From: Octopus sinensis
Lineage: Eukaryota
Length of the DNA: 64,000 bases
Direction: 5' to 3'
Assembly (NCBI RefSeq): GCF_006345805.1
Contig: NW_021833447.1
Coordinates: 9,591 to 73,590 of the forward strand
The notes beneath the pieces are model-generated. The model was not told the origin of the DNA, searched no databases, and saw nothing but the letters and a program-made list of their open reading frames with translations. Numbering within the stretch: the first letter of the stretch is position 1; every line of letters starts with the position of its first letter. Shown one piece after another: positions 26,527 to 37,798 of this stretch. The position numbers and the translations under genes were made by a program.

Positions 26527-27099
26527 CTGATAAAACAAGGAAAGAAAACAAAACAAAGAAGCATCATTTGACGGGTAGACCAGCACAAACGGCAGGCTCT
26601 TGACTGATATATAACACAAGACAATCCCTTATTATAGAACCTAATAGGGCTGTATCAAGATCTTCGGATAGAATTTCTATCCGCACTCCGTACTCTCTGA
26701 AATCGGTGATGGATCGCAAAACTCGAGAAATCCAATTGTATACAGACTGATTTAATATGGATAGCTACCATGATACAATGTAGCATCAAATATCCCTGAA
26801 GGCGCAGCCGTTTATTGCGGATCGAAATAGCAAACATTTCAACCTGATTCGAAACCAATAACATCTATAGAGAAATTTTGTGACATACCTATAATCCATG
26901 TCACTAACGAAACGCTCACCATTGCTGATGTTTAAGTGCTACTATCAAATATATTTACACACACAAACACGCGCGCACACACAATCCCATCACTACGACC
27001 ACCAAGTGTATTTACTAACCATTGATATAGTAATACATCCTTTCATAAATCTGAGAGTCGAATGACGCTAACAAACTTTCTATCGATAGAAACACCAAT

Positions 27100-28020
27100 G
27101 ATATATTAGTTACAACACATACAACATATTGATTATTGCACAATATATGTTGACTATAATACTTATATATATCAAATACAACACTATATATTGATCATAA
27201 AACGTATATATTAAATATAACACAATATATTGATTATAACATATACCGTAAATCCTCGAGTATAGTCCGCCCTTGAGTATAATACGCAGGGGATTTTTAG
27301 AGGGCTGTACCTCTGAAAAACCTAAACCTTGTATATAATACGCAACCCTACTCTAACTTGAGTCAAGGAGGTCTATATAACGTCCTTGGTTTGTATAAAT
27401 GTATACGGTAACGTCGTTTATTATTATTGTATATATAACATAATGCAAACGTGTAGCATTTTTGTGCATTTTGTTTTCAGAAAATAAAGAAATAGCAGTA
27501 ATAATGTTTAATAAATGTTGCTTACTGCAAGTTATGGGATGATTCTTTTATGACTTCATTGCTTTCAGGCTTAGCTTAAGGTATTTTCCCGCCCGACATC
27601 ACAAAATGCGCTTGAATAAACATTGCCGGACAGCAAATAGAGACTTGGACATTGCTTAGAAAATAATTTTCATTTTTAACCTCGTATATAACACGCACTA
27701 GGGATTTTGACCTTTAAATTTTTGGAAAAAAATGCGGATTATACTCGAGGATTTACGGTATTAAATATAACACAATATATTGATTATAACATATAAATAT
27801 ATTATGATAAAATAATTAGTATATGATTGTATTTAAAATATACTAATTTGAACATTTGCAATATGTCGATCACAATATATATTGATTGCCACAGTATATC
27901 GACTATGTAATTCCTATAGTGTACTCATATTATGATGTCTATAATATATTGATTGTAATAACTTCTGTGTTATGGTTATAACCCATGAAATATATATTGT
28001 AACAATAACAATAAATTTAT
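27100..28020. repeat. AT-rich degenerate minisatellite (caatatattgattata-like unit) hosting the Tc2-like MITE
   Basis: Repeated atatattgattat/gactat/gatcat units; an identical 35-mer at 27211-27245 and 27761-27795. Confidence 0.7.
27246..27758. mobile_element. Non-autonomous Tc2/pogo-like MITE (CCGTA termini, TA target duplication)
   Basis: TIRs ccgtaaatcctcgagtatagtccgc / gcggattatactcgaggatttacgg (one mismatch in 25 bp), TA on both sides, internal repeats of gtata(ta)atacgca, no ORF. Confidence 0.92.
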
Positions 28021-29050
28021 TATACACTCGTTCATCGATTTAAAACCTAACACTGTACTGATTGGGAAGAAATATAACAGAGTGATCATAAATCTGGTTG
28101 TTTCTAGATAAGTAATCGATAAACCAATTAGGATAATTCTGTGTCCTTTAATCCAGTGTCTCGATATTCCAATAATCCATTATCAACTTCAAGCAGTTGA
28201 TTAACACGTGATAATCCACTGGTTGTTATTTACATCCGAGCCAATGTTTATTAGTATCAACAACCCTGTTACCATGACAATATGTTCTACAGTGTTTGTA
28301 ACTTCATTGACTAGAGAGCGTAAAGAGCAGATTGTAATTAGAAAAAAAAAAGATTGCCAGAAACTATTGGAAGCCCGGATGTTAAATTAGTCAACGTAAA
28401 CTAAAGAATAAGTGCAATGCCTACTGGGGAGCAGGTGCGAATATATAAGAAGTAGAGGGAGAAGAAGAAGAAGAAGAAGAAAAGGAGGAGGATAGAGAGA
28501 GGGGGAGGGCTGTTAGGTGTGTTCTTGGAGATGCGATAAAAGTTGCTTTTCAATAGAATTGCTGGAGACATCTTTTTGTCAGAAAATATGACGAAAATGA
28601 GATATAACAACAACAACAACGATATTAATAACGATATCATTAACAACCAATAAACGAGAGTACGAAGAAAAATGAGACTTTTTAAACAAATAAATATATA
28701 AACTAATGAACAGCAAAAATAGTTCTCCAATATTATCATTATTATTATTATCCTTATTATTATTATTATTATTATCATTATTATTATTATTATTACTTTT
28801 TTTTTTGCTAGCAAAATATCGACGAGACAGAAATTTGAAGCTATTATCAGATTTTTCTGAAGTGAAAAATCTAAAAGTGAAAAATAAATTAAGTAAAATA
28901 TAAATAAAATAAACCAAAAAAAGAGAAAATTAAACACAAAAATTATGAAGAGATAATCTTTTAAAAAATAGATAAAACTAAATAGATCATTTCAGAAAAA
29001 AAATATTTAAAAAAAGAAAAATTGCAACAACAAAATTGCTGAAATATGAC

Positions 29051-29112
<62 letters not shown>

Positions 29113-29683
29113 GTTTCCATTACTATACAAATATGTGCATGTATGTACACGCATGCGCGCACACATACAGATATAGATAGATGTATAAATTGCTTGAGTC
29201 AAAGATGGATAGATAGTTACATATGTGTGTAGACCTATATAAAAATATGCTATCAACAATTTTTTTTATATAATTGTATATAATTAATATAAAATATATA
29301 GGCATAAAATTTTGTGAGTTTGTGTGTATGAGTGTGTATGTACATATATATATATATATATATATCTATAATATATATATATAATATATATATATATATA
29401 TTCATATATATATATATCTTACATACATCTTATAGATTAGCGTACGTGACAAACAATACTATTATAAATACATATTGAGTGTATACTATAATATAATATT
29501 GAACTATTAGCCATTACGCGGAGTTTCGATGCAAGTCAGCCCATCGTTACAGAGTATCGTCACTAAAAAGAATATGTGCCTATATATATGTGTTTTAGTG
29601 CCTGCAGTGTGGTGGACAACCACAATATAGTAATAAATTGAGTTTAATATAATATGAAGGGAAATAGGTGGGACAGTGTGTAC

Positions 29684-29762
29684 GGCGTTTAGTCCCATCG
29701 GGTATAACTCAGGGAATGTTTCAATCTTATAAGACCTCATCAGGGAAACGCAGTTCAGCCGT
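29684..29762 (-). ncRNA. Degenerate type I hammerhead ribozyme-like motif (probably inactive)
   Basis: Minus strand: gcgtttcc-CTGATGA-ggtcttataagatt-GAAA-cat...atg-gga-cta-aacgc. Stems I, II and III are recognisable but the UH cleavage dinucleotide is missing. Confidence 0.5.
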
Positions 29763-29990
29763 TATTATAGATCTTAAACGGTTATAGAAGTACATAGGAT
29801 TTTTTTTTGTGTGATTAAGAATACAGTCATTATAAAATGCAATATTGACATTGGTAATATATCCATGGACACTAACTACATCAAATTTCAGAGTAAGTCA
29901 AAAGCATACTTAGATAAATATACTTTGGTTTGTGGATAACTATGCGTGATTCGAAAAAGTACATATGTCTAACTGGATACATATCTATAC

Positions 29991-30032
<42 letters not shown>

Positions 30033-30494
30033 CCACATACATGTATTTACATACATGTACATTAAGACTGAAGAGTGCATTAATTTATAGCGTAATATGT
30101 ATGCGCATCTGAATGAATAAAGTCTTAAAGAACCTTCATTTGATTTCTTATGTAAATATATTTTCCCCAGACAATATGCAAATTATCAAGATGCAAATTA
30201 AAATACTAGCGCAGTAACAGACACACACAAAAACGTACCCATTCCTTCTATATGTGACTGTGGCTCAGGAAGGGTCTTTGATCCTTTTGATGTGTGTGTG
30301 TGTGTGCATAGATATACACCTGTATATATACACGCACACACATATGAACATCAGACGGGTTTACAGAGGTCCCTTTCAGCTAAGGAAAAATACATAGTAA
30401 AAAAAAAAAAAAGAAAACGCGAAACAATACCTTGTGGTGTCACGCAGTTGGACTAGAGAAGATCTCATGACCACACTGAGGTAACAGCGGCTAT

Positions 30495-30521
30495 GCATAT
30501 TATATATATATATATATATAT

Positions 30522-30571
<50 letters not shown>

Positions 30572-30610
30572 GTTATTTATATATATATGTGTGTATGAAT
30601 ACATATATGA

Positions 30611-30642
<32 letters not shown>

Positions 30643-31305
30643 ATCAATATATATATACATGAAGATATATACATATATATGCACACATATATAAACATAC
30701 AAAGACACATATATATACATATACACAGACATATATATACACACACAAACACATACAAATATATATGCATATATATACACATATATATTCATATATATGT
30801 ATATGCACATATACATATACATATATATATATGTATTTACACATATTTTTGCATATATGTATATATACATATATATGTGGATAAATATGTATATACATAT
30901 ATATATGCATATATATGTATATTTACATATAAATATGGATAAATATGTATATATATATGCATATATATGTATATGTACATATACATATATGTGTATATGT
31001 ACATATACATATATGTGTATATGTACATATATATATATGTATGCATATATATATACATATACATATGTACACACATATATACACACACATATATATATAT
31101 ATATATATGTATATAAGTATATATACATATACGTATGAATATATATATATACATATACGTATATATACATATATGTACATATACGTATATATACATATAT
31201 GTACATATACATAGATGTATATATATATACATATATATACAGATACGTATATGTATGTATATACACATATATGAATACATATATATATATACATACATAT
31301 ATGTA

Positions 31306-31336
<31 letters not shown>

Positions 31337-31621
31337 GCATATATATATATAAATACACATATATATTTATATACATACACACCATATATTTATATATATA
31401 TAAATACACATACATATATATAAATATAAATACACATATATATTTATATACATACACACATACATATATATATATATAAATACACATATATATTTATATA
31501 CATACACACATACACATATATATATATATATATAAATACACATATATATTTATATACATACACACATACATATATATATATATATAAATACACATATATA
31601 TTTATATACATACACACATAC

Positions 31622-31652
<31 letters not shown>

Positions 31653-31835
31653 TACATACATATGCGTATGTACATAAGTATATGCGCATATGTATATGTA
31701 CATACATATCTATAAATACATGTGTATATATACACATACATATATATACACGCACATATATATATATATACACACACACACATATATATGTACATACATA
31801 TTTATATATATATACACACATACATATATACACAC
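30495..31835. repeat. ~1.3-kb compound (TA/CA/TG) microsatellite with higher-order repeat
   Basis: Almost pure purine-pyrimidine alternation; the unit tataaatacacatatatatttatatacatacacacataca is reiterated at ~31345-31630. Confidence 0.95.
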
Positions 31836-32091
31836 AGTTTGATATAAGAGAACATGCATCTTTAAGTAGGGATAAATATTATATCTCGGTATCAATACTG
31901 CCTGTATTGCTAACACACAAACACTCTCTCTCTCTTTCTCACACACATACACACACACTCACACACAAACACATACATGGTTAGAAAAACTCAAAAACAT
32001 CTCATGGTCACTCAACTATATATATATAATATATCTATATATATGATATATATATAATCTATCTATATATATACCAACATACTATATATAC

Positions 32092-32123
<32 letters not shown>

Positions 32124-32664
32124 GTGTATTATATATAATATATACATTTCACGGTTCACTGAAAGGATGACACGCTAACAGGGATAAGTTGACGTCACGC
32201 GGCCAGGTATGTGTACATATGTGTAAATTTACCTATGTGTACGTGCACGCTTGTTTATCCATCCACCCTATCTATCATATATATATATATATATATATAA
32301 TATATATAATATATAGATATATATATATATTTAATATATGAAGATATACAGAATATTATATATATTATATATACGATATATATAATATATATATCGTCTT
32401 CGATACCAATACATAGAAATATAAATCCACAAACGAAAGTAAATGGTAAAGCAGAATCAATTAACTTTAATGCTGACAGTGTTTCTGAAGTCTCCATCTG
32501 CCAGTTCTTCTCCGGTTGTCCGATGAAAGATACGACGCTGTAACTTCAAAGTCACAATTAGCCACTTCTTTTAAAGTAAAATAACAATGGAATCTACTTA
32601 TTAAGTGTTGGATAAGTTTTTCTGTTTAAAGTCAATTTGTTTCTATCAAAACTCGATATGAAGT

Positions 32665-32865
32665 ACAGCTGGTAGAAAGGTTAGCACCCCGGGTAAAATG
32701 CATATTGGCATTTCGTCCTTGTTCACGTTCTGAGTTCAAATTACGCCGAGGACGACTTTGCTTTTTTACTTCTTTCGAACTCGATACCAATTGAATACTA
32801 GAGTCGATGTAATCGTCTCCCCCCCACCTCGAAATCGCTGGATTTGTACCAAAATTGGTGACCAA
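32665..32865 (+). mobile_element. SINE family A
   Basis: agctggtagaaaggttagcacc...gttctgagttcaaattacgccgagg...gaaatcgctggatttgtaccaaaatt. Confidence 0.82.
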
Positions 32866-33077
32866 TATATATAGACACAGTATAAATATATGTGTGTGTT
32901 GTGTAGGTATAGACATACACACTGTTATATCAAATATTAGATAATGCGAGGGAATATTAACTGAACATTAATCAACTCTTAAATAATACTACTAGTAATA
33001 TGTACGCATACATATACACAAATATGCACATTTAAATATCTATCTATCTATACATACACACACACATACACGTGTAT

Positions 33078-33117
<40 letters not shown>

Positions 33118-33417
33118 TATATATATACACACACACACATATATTCATATGTACATATGTAGCTCTGTAAATGTGTCCATGGTCATGTGGTTAAGAAGTT
33201 GATATATGTATATGCATAGATGGTGTACAGCTCCTCCTGGAGGCATTAACACGACTAAGGTTTGGGTGAAGCGTTAACGCAGTTCCTGTCGCACGTACGC
33301 TCGCTCACACACACAGTTCATTATTTGATGTGACTTGCAATTAATTGGCAGTTTCCCTCCCACTCAGCCCTCTCTCAATCTCCGTCTCTTCCTCTCCTTT
33401 TGTAGCTATACGTATGT

Positions 33418-33590
33418 ACCATCATCATTATATCTTCTCAATGTCCACGTTTGCATGCATGGGTCGGATGGAATTCGCTGCGCCAGATATTCAACATCCG
33501 GATTCACTGCCTGTCGCCATCTCCCACTCGATTCCATGCCAGGTAATATTTCCCCACTGCCGGACATGCCTTCACGGAAGATTGGCACGA
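33418..33590 (-). mobile_element. SINE/LINE 3' tail with (CAT)n end (third family)
   Basis: catcatcat...aatgtccacgtttgcatgcatgggtcggatgg...ccggat...cctgtcgcca...ggtaatatttcccca; shares a motif with 12835-12868. Confidence 0.6.
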
Positions 33591-33696
33591 GCTGTTGTGT
33601 AGCCATGACCCCAGTCCATGTTGTTGGCACGCTAAGTCCTTAGCAACGACATGATGATACCTGCCTATCTGTCTGTCTGTCTCACTCACCCACTCA

Positions 33697-33736
<40 letters not shown>

Positions 33737-34339
33737 AAATGAAGACGAACTCGATGTTCTATGTGATATTTGTTGCAGGGCATCCCGTAACATGAAATCA
33801 ATGGTCGCCTTAATCTATAAATAAAGAATTTTTATCCAGCGATGCACTCATTTTCATTGTTCGATATTAATGTGTGTGTGTACATACTCACACATACCCA
33901 CCCACACACCCACACACACATGCATGCTTATTCGCCAGCACACACATAACTTAGAAACTTTTATACTTATAACATCGTTGAGTATATATCTGTATATATG
34001 TGCTTTAAAACAGAAGAACTTAAGGCACTTGACTGAAACATATATGTGAGAGAATACACATGCATGTGTGTCAGAGTATCTTTCTATGTCAAGATGTACT
34101 TCAGAACCTTTAATTAGTTTCATAAGTACATTATCGAGTTGATTGAATGTACTCTTCTAATACACACATACACATTTTCAGAGACAAACATGCGAAAACA
34201 CACACAAACGTGTATATACATAAGCACACATACACACACAAACACGTGTTTGTGACTTTGCAACAGAGATTACCATCTTTCCACATGTTCGGTCCACTGC
34301 CAGTCGAATGTCACAGCATGGTCTTTCCACCAACCACGG

Positions 34340-34380
<41 letters not shown>

Positions 34381-34531
34381 AAGTTCGATGATGACATAGC
34401 TGGCTGAAACTTCGAAGTCAATGTCAATAACATTCTGTTTTAAAATGAATAACTTTCCACTCAACAAAAGTATAGAGTAACCGATCAGAGTAATGTAAAA
34501 TTGTTTTATTATAACTGAACATAAAAATGAA

Positions 34532-34915
34532 CGCATGGGAGTAGATGTGTGGTAAGTAGCTTGCTTATCAACCACATGGTTCCGGGTTCAGTCCAACTGC
34601 GTGGCAGCTTGGGCAAGTGTCTTCTACTAGAGAGTGAGTGGATTTGGTAGACGGAAACTGAAAGAAGCCTGTTGTACACACACACACACACACACACCAC
34701 ACACACATATGTATGTATGTATATGTTTGTGTGTCTCAGTTTGACAACACATGTTGGTGTGTTTACGTCACCGTAGCATTAGCGGTTTGGCAAAACAGAC
34801 CGATAGAATAAGTGCTAGGCTTACAAATAATAAGTCCTGAGATGGATTTGCTCGACTAAAGGCGGTACCCCAGCATGGCCTTAGTCAAATGACTGAAACA
34901 AATAAAAGAACAAAA
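34532..34915 (+). mobile_element. SINE family B
   Basis: tgtgtggtaagtagcttgcttatcaaccacatggttccgggttcagtcc...cttgggcaagtgtcttctac...cagcatggccttagtcaaatgactgaaaca. Confidence 0.92.
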
Positions 34916-35507
34916 GTATATATATATACACATATATCTTTGCGTGACAGTAAATACACATTATTATTAATGGGAAATATGTGTCTAATTATAATTATAT
35001 GTGATTTCAAGTATATATATATTTATGTTTGTAAAGTCAAAATGGCGACTGTATCAACCGAAGCTCTCTTACGTTCCACGTAAGCGAACATATTAAATAC
35101 GTATCCATTTACACTTAGAAAAAAAAAAGGAAAAAGCCGTGCAAATTATCAATTATTAATTAAGAAACCCGCGTGAAATGCCCAAAATTTCACGCCTCGG
35201 CATCACATGACCACGTTAACGTGAGGAATGACGAGCTGGCACATCACCACTAGCGTCTAGCAGACAAACAAATGCGTAAATCGAGCGCTGATATTGAATT
35301 TGATATAAGGATTGCAAAGGCAATAAAGGCTTTGACAATGGACGCTGTTAACTATATATATATATATGTTCTATATGAGATGACAGCTTTTGGCTCGCAA
35401 AGACAATCTGTTTTTACTTTCTTGACTTCTCAGTCACATTGCCTGGCAAATACTTAAGGATCACGACACAGCATTTGCTACAAAATAATAATGATAATAA
35501 TAATAAT

Positions 35508-35631
35508 ATCCTACGCAAAACACTTTCAATACAGTAACCATCAGAGCACCACAACAAATCACAACACATACCCAAGGCACACAGAGCCGCGCTCGGTAGT
35601 GAAGTGAAAGCACGCTATAAAAATAAAACTA

Positions 35632-35635
<4 letters not shown>
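35508..35635 (+). mobile_element. 3'-terminal stub of a Dong/R4-clade-like non-LTR retrotransposon within a (TAA)n tract
   Basis: Reads ILRKTLSIQ* (35508-35537), like the C-terminal (H)ILRK-L motif of restriction-like-endonuclease LINEs. Followed by a short 3' UTR with AATAAA, with (AAT)n on both sides. Confidence 0.7.
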
Positions 35636-35686
<51 letters not shown>

Positions 35687-36109
35687 GCAACAACAACAAC
35701 AACAACTTAAGGAATATCTCCCCATCTTTCATGTCTTTAATGTCTATTCTTATTTAATTCTTTTTTTAAATAAAGGATCGTAATTGAGTGACGAAAATGG
35801 GTGACGACAGGAAAAGTTTGAGAAAATCCTCGACTTTGTTGAAGATTAAGTATCCCTGGAAACCTGAGAGTGATGTCTCTTCTGACATCTTTGATCACGA
35901 GTGGATCATCACCACCACTACCAACGTAAACAAACCAACACTGATTGTGAAGCGGTGATCGGGTTGGGTTGGAGATGGGGAAACCACAAAACTTAAATCA
36001 GTGCTTAGAATATACAAAAATGCGGGATGACAATATCTTCAATATCTTTGATTATAGGCGTTGACTGGAACAAAAGGGACCTGGGGCTAGGAATCCATCT
36101 ATTGGCTTC

Positions 36110-36215
36110 AGATTTTTGGCACAGGGCCAGTAATTTCGAGGAAGGGGCTAAATCAGTTAAATCTATCCCTGTGCTCAACAGGTACCGATCCCGAAAGAAT
36201 GAAAAGTCGACCTCG
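36110..36215 (-). mobile_element. SINE family A fragment
   Basis: ttttggcacagggccagtaatttcg...ggtaccgatcccgaaagaatgaaaagtcgacctcg. Confidence 0.7.
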
Positions 36216-36339
36216 AAAGAAATATACTGATAAACGTTAGATACAGGTAGACACATTCACAATTAGTCACAAATACAACACACACACACCATTCGTTTCA
36301 GTTATTCGACTTCAAAGCTTTGGACATAGATCGACCGTA

Positions 36340-36580
36340 GTACCTACTTTGTTTTTTAAAAACTGGTACTTCATCTATCACCCACCTATACAGAAACTCT
36401 AAGTTAAAGAGGCGTAAATAAACTAACACCGGTTGTCACACACACATACACGCACACAAGACGGGATTTCTTCATACAGTTTTCATCTACCAAATTCACT
36501 CGGGCCAAGGCTTACACCTTGTTATTGAACTTGGAATCATGTGGTTGCACAGCGACCTTCTTCAGCACACTACCAAGCCT
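36340..36580 (-). mobile_element. SINE family B, degenerate
   Basis: ctggtacttcatctatc...acaccggttgtca...cagttttcatctaccaaattcactc...ggaatcatgtggttgc. Confidence 0.65.
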
Positions 36581-36583
36581 GAG

Positions 36584-36636
<53 letters not shown>

Positions 36637-37237
36637 GCGTGTGTGTATACATTCATACACACATATACACATACATATAAGCGCAGGCATATACGTATAA
36701 GCTGCGTGTGTATTTGCGTTTGCAGATAGATTGATAGATAACTTAATACATAATTGAATAAAATATTTAAGTCTTCTTTTAATCAATTGGCTCATTAAGG
36801 AAATAAACAATAAACATCGTGCAAGTTGCCACATTCTTGTTAATTGATAGATTAATTCAATTAGAATACTACTTATTGCCACAAACTCTGCCACGTTGCC
36901 AAGGTAACTGATTTCGGAAACAACTACAACAACATCTGTCATCTAGTTCTGCTTATCTTTTACGCACGAGATTTTAGTATTGGAAAAGAAAAAGAAAGAA
37001 AAAGAACGAAAAAGTTCTCGCCAAACACGCAAAGCATGGCAGATACAAACAAAGAGAAGCAATGGGATGTGGTGGCAGTAATGACATTACGCATCACGCA
37101 TGCGCTCAAAATAAGACCTTCGCAAATACGACAGAAGCGGGTATTTTTCCTGGAAAGATTAGCAAAGTGCTCTAGAGCTATTTCATATGTGTAAGTGCTC
37201 TATTGAGTGAGTGTATAATTATCATATATATATATTC

Positions 37238-37636
37238 ACTTATTTGTTTCAGTCATTTGACTGGGGCCATGCTGGAGCATTGCCTTTTGTCGAAGAAATC
37301 GATACCAGGACTTATTCTTTGTAAGCCCAGTACTTATTCTATCGGTCTCTTTTGCCGAACCGCTAAGTTACGGAGACGTAAACACACCAACATCGGTTGT
37401 CAAGCGACGGTGTGTGTGTGTGTGTGTTTGAGAGGATAAACACAGACACACAAACACACACACATATATATTCGACGGGCTTCTTTCCGTTTCTGTCTAC
37501 CAAATCCACTCACAGGGCTTTCGGCCCGAGGCTTACAGTAGAAGACACTTGCCCAAGGTGCCACGAAGCTACTTACCACACATCCACTCCTGTGCCTATT
37601 TCTGAAATACACACACACACACACACACTATATATA

Positions 37637-37671
<35 letters not shown>

Positions 37672-37798
37672 ACGGGATTCTTTCAGTTTCCGTCTACCAA
37701 ATCTACTTACAAGGCTTTTGGTCGGCCTGGGGCTATAGCAGAAGACACTCGCCGAACCATGTGGTTGGGAAGCAAGCTTCTTTCCATACAGCCACACC
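37238..37798 (-). mobile_element. Two family-B SINE copies (37238-37596 and 37670-37798)
   Basis: tgtttcagtcatttgactggggccatgctggagca...agaagacacttgcccaaggtgcc; second head tttcagtttccgtctaccaaatc...accatgtggttgggaagcaagc. Confidence 0.88.

Noticed and set aside
27211-27795. Apparent 35-bp target-site duplication around the Tc2-like MITE
   Set aside because: The true TSD is TA; the 35-mers are adjacent units of the host minisatellite into which the MITE inserted.
29510-29570. Possible second hammerhead (minus strand ...gatgggctgacttgcatcGAAAC...)
   Set aside because: The CUGANGA box is absent and stem I is not identifiable.
33335-33643. Overlapping GC-richer ORFs after a pyrimidine tract ending ttttgtag
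   Set aside because: Most of the sequence is a reverse-oriented retroposon tail with a (CAT)n end; no recognisable protein.
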